From Balanoglossus misakiensis (lineage: Eukaryota > Animalia > Hemichordata): a stretch of DNA of 64,000 bases. The translations under genes and the position numbers were made by a program. Location of the stretch: contig CM082598.2 in NCBI GenBank assembly GCA_040954595.2, positions 9,377,097 to 9,441,096 of the forward strand. Direction: 5' to 3'. Below, piece after piece: positions 50,832 through 62,543 of the stretch. The stretch's first letter is position 1. Each line of letters opens with the position of its first letter. A model generated the notes under the pieces. That model searched no databases and was not told the origin of the DNA. It worked only from the letters and a program-made list of their open reading frames with translations.

Positions 50832-53800
50832 AGGGTCCTCAATCTGTAACGTTTGGCCACTCTTTCAATCATTTTTGCTTGAGTTTTAACCATAATTTCT
50901 TGTGAGCATAATCAGCATTATTATTGTTAAGATTTGTATTCAATTCCAAATTTGAATGCATTTGCCATTAGTAACAATGTTCTGTGCCAAAAGTTGTAGG
51001 TAGTGGCCCTTTAATTGTGCAATGATTTACTGAGAAATTTTTTTTATTCAGTGATAAATTATTAATATTTTTTTCCGTTTTACCTGAAACTTGCAATACA
51101 AAAGCTTGCTTGATATTATTAAAGTTTTAAATATTTTCTTACGCTTTCTGCTTTTTTATAGCCAGATTAGCATGTTCATTTAAGTTAGCTTTTCAGGAGG
51201 CATTAATTAAAAATACAATTGTTTGTAAACTTGGTGAATCTGTAGAGTTACTTACGCTTTCCCAGAGGGTTTCCCTTATCTCGAAATAAGGGTTTTACCT
51301 CTGGGTTTTGGTGCGGGGTAAATTTTCAGTTCATCCAATAAAGTACATGATCCTGCTACTCATGTAAAATTGAACCTGTATTGTGTGTGTGTATGCATTT
51401 GGATGTGGTAGTTGGAATGCAGACTAAATTGAATGGGAATGGAGAGTAAAGACCTAACAGAATTTGTGCCTTCCTCAATACTGTAAAATGAGAAATTTTT
51501 GGGAACAATGTATTCTGTGAACTACGCAAGAGCCACAAAAAAACATGAAAATTAAAGGTTGCATAAAACTGTTTTTCAGAGATAACGATGCAGTGAAATA
51601 TGAGAACATGAAAATTAATCACCGTGTAACAGTTGCTGATTTTGATATTGCTAAAATTTCCTGTCGCACAAATTTCCCGGTTTACCATAGTTGATATGTG
51701 TACATATTGATTGATGGTTGGATGTAAACTTGTTGACGTGATAGTGCAAATCAACATAGAAACCTCAAAAATGGGGAAATGCATAAATTAATACTTCCCT
51801 CTGGGAAGTTGATTTTGGAGGGAGTAAAAAGTTTTGTGAGGAATGCTGGGGGAGGGGAGAAACAGTTTTGGAATGGATTGTTCTGTCAATACCCCCTAGT
51901 TGCAAAGTCATTAGCACCTCATAAAGTTGAACAAACAGTATATGTAGAAACACCTATTTTCTGAGGAAATTAATTGGGGAGTGCAACATGGTGCCTGGGA
52001 ACAGCCTCAGTGATGACTCATTGTAGTTCAATTCTGTGAGAACGCAATATGATACAAGCAGGAGTTACACAATGAACTTGGACTGAGTGGATGTTTGCAG
52101 GCAGCAACAACAATTGTTTGTTTGGTATTGCTGATAATTGTGGGGACTGGCTAAAATATAAATTGGCAATTGAACAGACCAAGGAAAACAATAACATACC
52201 AATAATTTTGAAACATTAGTTTCAGATATGGGGCACTGTCGTCACACAGAATAGCCATGACTAACATTTAGTCAGTTTGCTAATGACTTTGTATCAATAT
52301 ATTTCCAGTCACAATTCATTTACTTGAAGTTTGCACTAAAACATATGAAAACTATAAAACCTAGCAATAACAAATCTCAGAGCATCATCCCAGGAAAAAG
52401 TGAAGTGAGTAAATTGTTCTGAAAAACCATTGCCTGTATATCAGTCGCAGTGCATCAAATATACGAGCTAAAGATTTTCTGTTAGAATTCAATTTTCCCA
52501 CAGAAAACGTACAATTTGGTCTATCGTACTGAAATTTTATATTACATACAGAAATTGTAAGTCTTATTGTGAAGTTTGGGTAAAGGAAATACCTTTAATT
52601 GGTGATTTTCAGGTTATTTCCTCGTGTTTATAATATGCTTGAGCTTGATGCACAAACCGGATTTGGCTGAGACTTTAATGTATGCATCATCGTTGAAACT
52701 GACGTCATACACTGTGGCAAATCATCCGGATTGAGCCAATCGATGTTCATAAATTTCCCGCTTTCAGTGGACTATTTGTAGAGCTGGCATATTCTGGAAG
52801 TTTCGAGGGGTAGAGTTGACTTTTCAGAGCCCTCTTAGTCAGAGCCCTCTGAAGTTTCAGAACCTCAGAACCCGGACCTCAGAATTCTTTTTGACCTCAG
52901 ATATAACCCCAAAATTTACCTGTATAATTAAATATAACGATTCCCAAATAGGTGTAATGTTGCCGAAATTACTCCCGCAGAAAATACTACGTACTTCCAC
53001 GGTAGAGTGACCGTGGTCTCGGTTACCAAGACTCTCTGGTTCCTCTGCTCTCAGCGGAAGAAACAGATGAGTCTGGATGACAGAGGCTACAGCTGCCATT
53101 TATTTTCATTATTTTAAGTATTGTACTTTTATCTTTCGATTGGGCCATTTAAAGGTACATGTATACAGTCACCTATGCAAATTTAGTAAAAGTTATGGCA
53201 AATTGAGATCTAGCTATAGCCAATCACAGATTTTCAGTGGGTGGCACACGCGAAAAAAAGAGCGCCAACTTATGTTATTTAAAACACCCAAATGTGCCAT
53301 TTCAGTCATATGTGGGCGTATGGATTGGAGGTGACTGTATACAGCTATCTGCATGATCTGGTCGGAGCGAGTGTTGACGCGCAAGTCATGTGATCGCGCT
53401 ATCGAGTTGGTCGACGGTATTAACCAAAATCAGAAGCCCAGCCCCGAAATCGAAACTCAGCTCAGGGCCAGAAACTCGCTCGAAGCAAGCAAGCAAACAC
53501 ACGGAAAGTATTGAGAATCTTTATAAAGACAAAAATCACCAAACGACTAATGGGCTAGTCTAGAGGTCCATGCACGTGATCAAACATAATACATGTAACC
53601 AATCGCAGCTGGAATGCTCAATTCAATCGCAATAAAACACGTGAGATTTCTGACTATATTCTGAAAAACAATCAACCCTCGTACCGCGAATCAACAGGTG
53701 GTGGACTTGCTTTATTACGTAAGTCAACTGTCAATGTTACAGCTTGGAAAGCTCGCTGTCCAACTTTGCAAAATTTGAGTCCGTTTGGAGCTGTTGATGT

Positions 53801-53894
53801 CAACCTCTGTAGCAAAGATGTAAATGTCAAAATGTAAAAATTGTGGTTATCTACCGACAGGCAAGCCAAGTTTCTGGTTGAATTTGGGGTGAGA

Positions 53895-55697
53895 CTAAAA
53901 CGAAGGAAAGCGAAGGACGCTGATATCTCCATATTTTCGGGCGAAGGACACGTTTTCTGTATGCTGGGGGCCGAAGGACAGGTTTAGCTTCGTATAAAAG
54001 GCCGAAGGAAAGCGAAGGACACTGATTTATCCATATTTTAGTGCGAAGGACACGGTTTTCTGTATGCTGGGGGCCGAAGGACAGGTTTAGCTCAGTAATT
54101 AAAGCCGAAGGACAAGTTTAGCTTCGTATAAAAGGCCGAAGGAAAGCGAAGGACACTGCTTTATCCATATTTTAGGGCGAAGGAAAAGGAAGGACAGTCA
54201 TATTTCCATATTTTAGGGCGAAGGACACGATTCTCTCACGATTATCAGAGACTTGGCGACAGCTAGTACACGTCTGATATCAATGTCGAGTGTCATGTTT
54301 ACACGAAACAAATCTAAACAAACATACCTCATGGAAATGCTATCACTAATTCTACGTAACAATACTTTTGAATTAAACAACAAATTCTACAAGCAAACAT
54401 GCAGTTGTACCGTGGGCTCAAATGCTTCACCGGGAATAGCCGACATTACGGTCCATGAACTGGAAATGAAAAACAACTGACAAAAAACGATCTCAACGCA
54501 AGATCACACTATTAATTAATGAATACAACAAAACTCATGATATTGGCAGAAAAGGAGGTGCTTTTATTGAAACGCTAAAAACAAGGAAATGCACCTCATA
54601 CCATTAATATGAGAGTACGGTAAAGGTTACAGTGCTGGAGTTTTTTAAAAGGTAATAATAAAGCGATGTGTTTGGGAATGCGGAAAGGGTGGGTGAAAAT
54701 GCTTCCATAAAAAATGAAGTAGCGCTATGGCGGGAAGCTAAGCATGATGGGAGTAACCATATTAACATAGAGGGCGCACACTATGTGGCCTCTAACCAGC
54801 TAACGGTTCATCAATTAAACAAATTTGTTCACAATACTGTGCAAAATTTTACAAGATATCCTAGTTTCGAGATACAGAGAAATGGATACTGATGTCCTTC
54901 TCCCTAAAATATGGAGAAATCACTGTCCTTCGCTTTCCTGAGAGGAGTTTTGAGATAAGGCTTGATTTGGGCAATATAAACGATTCCCAACATTCTCCCG
55001 TCCGCAAATATTGAAATTGAAATGCACCAATTGAAATCATACATGAACATTCCGCAAATATTGGAATGGAAATACAGCACTTATATCGTCGGCAGAAAAT
55101 TTTAGTCGGGGGGGGGGAGCTTTCTAAACTGTGGCTAATTTATAAATTTAGAACGATATTTAGAAAGCGATAATTATCGTAGTGATAATTATCCTTAAAA
55201 CTAATATAGTTTAGAACTATTTAGCTACAGCTAATCTAGCTTTCTAAACTTGTAGCTAAACTTTCTAAAAACGATAAAACACAATTCCGCACCTTACTGG
55301 CTTTCCTTCGCCCTAAAATATGGAGATATGAGCGTCCTTCGCTTTCCTTCTGCCTAAATTACGGAGCTACACCTGTCCTTCGGCTTTAATTACTGAGCTA
55401 AACCTGTCCTTCGGCCCCCAGCATATAGAAAACCGTGTCCTTCACACTAAAATATGGATAAATCAGTGTCCTTCGCTTTCCTTCGGCCTTTTATACGAAG
55501 CTAAACCTGTCCTTCGGCCCCCAGCATACAGAAAACCGTGTCCTTCGCACTAAAATATGGATAAATCAGTGTCCTTCGCTTTCCTTCGGCCTTTTATACG
55601 AAGCTAAACCTGTCCTTCGGCCCCCAGCATACAGAAAACCGTGTCCTTCGCACTAAAATAGGGATAAATCAGCGTCCTTCGGTTTCCTTCGTTTTAG
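53895..55697. mobile_element. Foldback element whose arms are arrays of CGAAGGA motifs (103 bp higher-order unit)
   Basis: Left arm 53895-54230 (GAAGGA), right arm 55297-55697 (TCCTTC); unit starts at 55403, 55506 and 55609; outer ends CTAAAACGAAGG / CCTTCGTTTTAG. Confidence 0.75.
54325..54468 (+). pseudogene. Penelope-like (GIY-YIG clade) RT fragment
   Basis: LMEMLSLILRNNTFELNNKFYKQTCSCTVGSNASPGIADITVHELE resembles the PLE pattern LxxNxFxFnxxxYxQxxGxxMGSxxSPxxAxxxMxxLE. Confidence 0.7.
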
Positions 55698-55701
55698 GTT
55701 A

Positions 55702-56622
55702 GGGACCGTTCAGTTTTTACAGCAGGGGGGGGGGGGGGCGGCAAGTTTGTGTCATCGGTTCTCAAAATCAGGCCGACCCCCCCTTCACCCAGGACCAAAA
55801 AATGATGACCCCCCCCCCTTTGACAGACCCAAAAATATGATGACCCCCCCCCCCACGCCCAAAACATTCGCCGTCCTGATCTTATGTACACTGTATGCAA
55901 TAAAGGGAATGAGGCTCCTCACACCTCAATTATAAATTTCTTAAAGTATTATTGAAGTATATAATAGTATATCGTTGCAATAAAGAAATCTATGAACAAA
56001 TTAAAATGACAAGTCAATACAAAAGTTGCTAGAATCGGTAAAACAAGAAAAGTGACGGGGGTGTCCCCCTCCCACATAAGAAAATTGTGTAAAATATGTA
56101 GCACAAAGTTGCATTTTAATGAACTCAAAAGCAAATTATCTCAATGTTTGGGAGGACCAATTTTACTTTTTGCCACTCCACTCAAAGTTAGAAGATTTGG
56201 CGTCATCTTCGTCATGACATTATTTATAAAACTTCTAGTATATAGAAGATGCAGCACGAAACTATCAGTTATGCGAAATGGTTTAAACAATTATTCTCCT
56301 TTATGTATTCACTTTGTTAAATATTATCATCGGTGGGGTTGGGGTGGCAAGCACTCTGCCCTGGTACACTAGACAAACCAGCAAAAAATGAAATATGGCG
56401 GAGAATGAAGGGGGTGGGTGTTAGAAAATTTTGTAAAATAAAGGGTGCGAAACTGCAATTTTGTGGACTCAAAAGCAAAAGTTCGGTGGCAAAAGTATGT
56501 GACCCCCCTAAACGTTTAAAAAACCAGATGACCCCCCCCCCCTTGTGGACTTCAAAATTTAAGTGACCCCCCCCCTGGATTTTGCCGGCCTCCCCCCCCC
56601 GGCCGTAAAAATGAACGGTCCC
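55702..56622. mobile_element. Harbinger-like MITE family B, full length
   Basis: Same TIRs; TTA TSD on both sides; high identity to 22701-23549. Confidence 0.85.
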
Positions 56623-57272
56623 TTATGCTTGAATTGGGATCATTTTTGGAAACAATTGCATCATAAGGCAATTTGTAAATTTTGGATGATTGCAATTTTC
56701 ACCAGGAAAAGGACACTGAGACAAAAACATTGACTTTATTCATAATTTACCTTATCGCGTCGTTTGACCTCAAACAAGTTGTCAACTCCACGACGATCGA
56801 CAAGTGTTTCATCCAGGATGGCATTGACAGGGGAGGGGGGGGGATATTTCCCCCTTTGCCAGGATTTGGGGGGGGGATTCCACTATGGCAAACATCATGT
56901 GAGTGAACTGGTCCCCCTTGACAAATTGCTAGAGGGTGCCAACATGTCAATAGGGGGTGAATCCCCCATCACCCCGTCCAGCCTGGCAGATTAAACACTG
57001 AAGTTGAATCTCTCGGACCGCTGTCCAATACACATAGACCTACTGCTGCCTAAACCGCCGTTCCGGTGAACTGAGATGACATATCGTCGCGTTAAAACAC
57101 TGATCTTGACAAGTTCAAAGCAGATCTTCGTTCTTTTTCAGAACTTTCCCGGCATTATTACATATGTATTACAAATTACCTATCTGACAGCAGCGATATT
57201 TACATATAATCCCATGATATCTTTCTTTGTTTGACGTCATCGTATACGAGTGGTTTTCGCGGAGCAGTGCAA

Positions 57273-57425
57273 CTATCTATCTATCTATCTATCTATCTAC
57301 CTGTCTGTATGTCTGTCTGTCTGACTGTCTGTCTGTCTGTCTGTCTGTATCTATCGAACTATTGATGGATAATGGGTGGAGGATGGAAGGATGGATGGAT
57401 GGGTGGGTGGGAATGTGGATGGATC
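57273..57425. repeat. (CTAT)n(CTGT)n(GGAT)n microsatellite cluster
   Basis: Seen directly. Confidence 0.9.
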
Positions 57426-57753
57426 TATAGATACATGTTTTAATATATACGTTATCGGTAAATTTTAGTACTTTATCAGTATGAACAATTTATTTTCTAC
57501 ATTATCGGTTCGTTACTACGTTAGCCCTATCGGTTGACTTGATACGTTATGGGTAAATTTTTACTATTACGTTAACAACCCCTAAATGTGAACTCGGTAA
57601 ACAAACAAACATTATGCCTTGCTAACAGTGTCAGCTGTCGATTTCCGAAAGCCGAGCCTCAGTAGAAGGGTACCCTCTCCCGCGTTTAGTGTCACGTTTA
57701 TTTGTTGACATGTTACTAGGGTTAGGGTATTTTCAACGGTTTGGGTTTCGGTT

Positions 57754-57980
<227 letters not shown>

Positions 57981-58163
57981 CGATTTATACGATTTATTAC
58001 TCCGTTCCCTGTGATATGACCTCAAAGTGACCTTTTGAACTTGAAGTACTAGTAACCCAGGGACGTGACCACTCGACTCCAGCGCGCCCGCTGGAGACAG
58101 CTTTTATGAATCGGTTGTCTGAGGTTAGGGGTCAGAGGTTATGTACTGGTACAACCCATCGTA

Positions 58164-58316
58164 ATGGCCGCAGACGCAGAGCAAGTCGAAGATATCAAGA
58201 CTGACAACGAAGATGACTGTTTTGACAGCTTTTTGTCAGTGCATCAAATTCAGCTAGAGAAAGCCGGTGTTCCACCTATCTATTGGAGGAGTCTGTTTGA
58301 AAAGTTGGAAAATGAG
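58164..58316 (+). CDS. TTLL12: Tubulin-tyrosine ligase-like protein 12, first coding exon (51 aa); remaining exons lie beyond the window
   Basis: MAADAEQ...FLSVHQIQLEKAGVPPIYWRSLFEKLENE matches the TTLL12 N-terminal motif as I recall it from human (FAALHGPALRASGVPERYWGRLLHKLEHE). Good start context GTAATGG, GAG|GTAAAG donor, CpG-rich upstream sequence. Confidence 0.85.
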
Positions 58317-58552
58317 GTAAAGAATCCGGTGATTTATATCTTTGTCATCAACACGTGGTGTGCTAGGTCTGCGTGGCAGCCCTGCCAGAGTGGTGTGCCA
58401 TGACGGCTGTGGTAACGCAGCTAGGGGGGGGGGGGCTAAATCAGCCCCTCCCCCCCACGGTACAGCTGCGTTACCACAGGTAAGGGGCGGGCTGTTCCCA
58501 CATTTAAAACCAAACACTATTTTAATGTCAGTGGTAAACTTATGGTCACTGC

Positions 58553-58934
58553 TAGCTGCAATGATTGTAGCGGGTGCTGCTAGGTTGACTGGTGCACAGG
58601 CGCTCAAGACGATGGCTTCGCGATGGGGGCTGCAGTTCGCGATGGGGTGGGGGTGGGGGGCTTCAGTACCCCTATATATAAGCGGATTTATCGTTTTTTT
58701 AATGGAAGCAGGACAATTTTGGGAAAATTTGGCCGTCGGAGGTGTTTTTTTTTGGGGGGGGGAGGGGTGCAACCGGTTGGTTTTCAAATTTTATCGGAGG
58801 TAAGAGTTAAACCCCGTAACTCAGCTGTCGACGGAAAGTTGATTGGAAAATGACACACAACAATGGACGGTGTTCCAGTTATGCTGCGAACACACCAGTC
58901 AACCTAGCAGCACCCGCTACAATCGTTGCAGCTA
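58553..58934. mobile_element. 382 bp TAG...CTA element (AcademH-like) in TTLL12 intron 1
   Basis: 42 bp TIR TAGCTGCAATGATTGTAGCGGGTGCTGCTAGGTTGACTGGTG (1 mismatch); 9 bp TSD GGTCACTGC. Confidence 0.85.
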
Positions 58935-59145
58935 GGTCACTGCCTGCCGCCACCTGACCAGTGATGCGCCCTACCCCCTGATAATGGAGTCATATACAGC
59001 CCAACTGCTAGCCGTGTACCATGCACATCATTATTGATACATTTGTTGAAAATAGAAACGAAGAAATGTGCTTCTAGTGGAGCGGCATAACCCTAATTTT
59101 CATATCAATTGTGCATTTTGTGATAAAAGCACGAAACTTGGCTAA

Positions 59146-60310
59146 GGGACTGTTCAGTTTTTATGGCGGGGGGGGGGGGGAGGGGGCGGCAAGTTTGTGT
59201 CAGTTTTCAAAATCAGGCCGACCCCCCTTCACCCAGGACCAAAAAATGATGACCCCCCCCCCCCCTTTGACAGGCCCAAAAATATGATGACCCTCCCCAC
59301 CCTGAAAACATTTGCCATCCTGATCTGATGTACTGTTTAGGGAGAGGGGCTCCTCACACCTCAATTATAAATTTCTTAAAGAAATTTATAATAGAAGTGT
59401 ATAATAGTATAGCGTTGCAATAAAGAAATTTATAATATACCTCATGCTAATACTGTGTCGTGATTCGCCAGAATCTGTCACGTGATAAGAAAATAGAATC
59501 GACTATGAATCCCTCTAGGGAAATAGCAGAAAAAATATAAACCGGTCACGTGACCAACGTGGTCACGTCAATCAGCGTCGCGTCGTCTGACACAATGGCC
59601 ACCGCTGAAGATGTCGTCTGCCAACCTCAAGAGAAAATTGCAAGATTTTCCCAGCTGTTAGCATGAGGTTTATTATAAAACACCTATAGCCTGGCCTATA
59701 TTCGGGCCATAGCAGCCGTTTTTACTCCCTTGTGACTGTGAGTTACCAGAATCATATGCTATTTCCCTGAGGCCTTGGGAAATAGCATATGATTCTGGTA
59801 ACTCACAGCCCCTTGGGTGTAATAAACGGCCGCTATGGCCCTCATGGCCAGGCAAAAGGTGTTCAATATGAAAAAATTAAAATGACACGTCAGTACAATA
59901 GTTGGTAGAATTGTTAAAACAAGAAAAGTGGAGGGGGTGTCCCCCTCCCTCATAAGAAAATTTGGTGAAATACGGTGCTCAAAATTGCATTTTAATGAAC
60001 TCAAAAGCAAATAACTAATGTTGGGGAGGACAAATTTTACTTTTGCCACTCCAATCAAAGTTAGCATCAGTGGGGTGGGGTGGAAAGTACTCTGCCCTGG
60101 TACACTAGATGTGGCGAAGAATGAAGGGGGTGGGTGAGAAATGAAAATTTTGTAATATATAGGTCGTGAAACTGCAATTTTATGGACTCAAAAGCAAAAG
60201 TTTGGTGGCAAAAGTATGTGACCCCCCCCCCCTAAACGTTTAAAAAAAAAAGATGACCCCCCCCCCTCTTGGATTTCAAAATTTAAGTGACCCCCCCCCC
60301 CCCCTGGATT
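59146..60310. mobile_element. Harbinger-like MITE family B, right TIR lost, with an insertion at 59434-59869
   Basis: TAA|GGGACTGTTCAGTTTTTA start; collinear with the other copies. Confidence 0.75.
59434..59869. mobile_element. Second double-hairpin family, inserted in a Harbinger MITE
   Basis: IR ATAATATACCTCATGCTAA / TTAGCATGAGGTTTATTAT followed by a long hairpin at about 59676-59866. The empty site AAAGAAATTTATGAA is seen in the sibling copy near 27918. Confidence 0.7.
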
Positions 60311-62137
60311 GTAATCATTGGCCCCAACGTCTGTGCCAAGTTTCAGAAGCGCAGGTGCAGCAGTTTTTGAGATCTAGGTGAACAAAAAAACGACTCAAGA
60401 ATAAAGAGAAAAATCTTAGCAATTACAATAGGGACTCAAGACCCTGCAGGGGCAAAGAAACTGTGGAAAGAATGATTTGCAAAGTAATTATGGTCATCAA
60501 AGTACTTATAGGGGTAAATAAGGGATCAAAACACCATTTAAAGGCGCAAGTTTCAATCATTGGTTCTCGCATAAGCATAGGCCTAGGTGCTCCTCTAAGT
60601 CAAACGTTAGGCTACTGAGTTGCGATATTTAACTTGCAGTACGTAAATTGCACATATGAATTGCAACAGTTTACCACCTTTAGCTAATCATATTAGCAGA
60701 CCACCAATATGTCAGAATTGCGCGCAGATTAGGGCTTGGCCAACTCGTGACTATCAACTCGATAAGGACAGGGGACTTGCCCCCCCCCCCCCTCTTCTGA
60801 TTGTAGAACTTTCTCCCCAACGTTGTTGAGTTGATTTGCTTAAATTGAGTTCATCAAAATGCAGCTTTGAGCTCTGCATTTTATAAAATTTTCTAATGTG
60901 GGGACACCCCCTCCCATACCCACCCCTTCACTTCTTTTGATTTACTATGTCTGCCGACTATTGTAATGACTTATATTTTTATTTTATTTGTAATTTAATC
61001 ATGTCTTATTAAAATGATTTAAATAATTCACCACCATAATGATGGTAACATTTGCCCCTCCTCTCCTATGGCCCTGTTCCTATCTAGAACCTGGAAAGCT
61101 ATTACAGTGGTAGCTTTAGTATAGTTTCAGAGGATTACTAGTTCACATTTAGTGTAAATAAAGAGTTTTTTGCAGGTGAAAAACATTAAAACTGATTTTG
61201 TCCACAATTATATATATCTGATATCTATGTATATATACACAAACACAAATCACGCGAGGGGGGTGAAAGTTGGCATGGGGGGTCATCCACTTTTTAATTT
61301 TTCAAATTTTTAATGAGGGGGTGGTCAGTCACTTTTTGATATCTATGAGATTCTTTACTATCAATCACGTGATCTGGCCATGTGACCCACGGCGTTGTCA
61401 TTTCCAGATGACAGACAAGCAATATTTCGGCATCCAGTAAAAGTTTTTTTCCGAGTTTGTTTTACTGTAGAACCGCCAGACATGTAACATATATCAGATA
61501 TGATGCCTTATCAGCGTCTTGGCATTTCGGCTGCACTGTCTTTGTCTGGACCACATTGTTTAATTTGCCCGTCATCTGGAAATTTGAATGCGAACGTAAC
61601 TGCCGCCTGAGCGCGTCTGACGTCATTTGATATCGAAGGATAGTATCCACCCCAAGTCTGAAGAAACTGTCCAGTCCCTTACTGCACCATGATTGAGATT
61701 GGACATCGGGTGGGGGGTTGCTACAATTCTAAAGAGACTAGATGTGGCTACACTGTGCAGTGCGAACATGTTTGATATTTCATCAATTATTGCCTGATTA
61801 CTACAAAAATAAATACTATTAGTATTACTAGTATCCCAAACCCTGTGTCTGCTCTCTATAGGGGTTTCACACCAGACTCATTACAACAGTGTAGCACCTG
61901 CACTGGACCTGGGCTGGTGTAGAAGACCAATGTGGACTCGCTAAGTCGGCCCAGGAGCGACTTAGTTTTTTCTCAGTAGGAAGGGGGATCAGGCCTGATG
62001 TAAAACCTCTGCCAACTTAACTCCACGGATGCGGGATGCATTAATCGGTCTAGTTGATTCTTCACATTGAGTGCCACGCACTGGTTATTTCTCCACTGCC
62101 GATGTACATGTTCCCTCCACCCATCCAATGATATCTG

Positions 62138-62379
62138 CAGTGTTTCATCCAGGATGGCATCAACACTTTACAGGGCCAGGGGGGCTATTTCCTATGCCAG
62201 AATATTTGGGGGATTCCACTTTAGCAAAGGGGGGGGGGGTGTAATATCTCTAACATGTGAGTGAAATCATTTTAAGGGGCACTGATCCCCCCTTGACAAA
62301 CTGCTAGGGGGTGCCATATGCCAATTGAACATGTCAACAATGGGTGAATCCCCTATCCCCCTGTCTAGATGAAACACTA
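62138..62379. mobile_element. hAT-like MITE; relative at about 56801-57000
   Basis: CAGTGTTTCATC...GATGAAACACT; ATATCTG on both flanks. Confidence 0.6.
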
Positions 62380-62543
62380 TATCTGTGATGATTAAAATGG
62401 GGAGTAGCTGTCATATGTTTCCTTCTTGCGCATAAAAAATGCATGAAAATAATGAACAGTAGAAATAGAGGGCCCTTATTCTAATCCGTCATTTTAAACT
62501 TTGACTCAAATCCGAGTCGACCAAAATTCTGGTACCAGTTTAA

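Noticed and set aside
53895-55697. CRISPR-like appearance of the GAAGGA arrays
   Set aside because: The motif is only 6-7 bp, spacers are repeated rather than unique, there are no cas genes, and the context is eukaryotic.
57445-57600. TA/CG-rich patch as a second mirror segment
   Set aside because: Explained by short degenerate TTATCGGT/TACGTTA repeats; it shows that natural repeats can be locally TA/CG-rich.
58254-58853. Overlapping 76-177 aa ORFs in TTLL12 intron 1
   Set aside because: GC-rich MITE and hairpin sequence; no homology cues.
61166-61200. TTTTTTGCAG|GTG acceptor as TTLL12 exon 2
   Set aside because: It translates VKNIKTDF, unlike the expected VFDAG-type continuation; exon 2 is probably beyond the window.
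61975-62035. GTAGGAAGGGGGATCAGGCCTGATGTAAAACCTCTGCCAA, resembling an RTE 5'UTR or SINE motif
   Set aside because: Short, recalled similarity only; no A/B boxes, tail or TSD seen.
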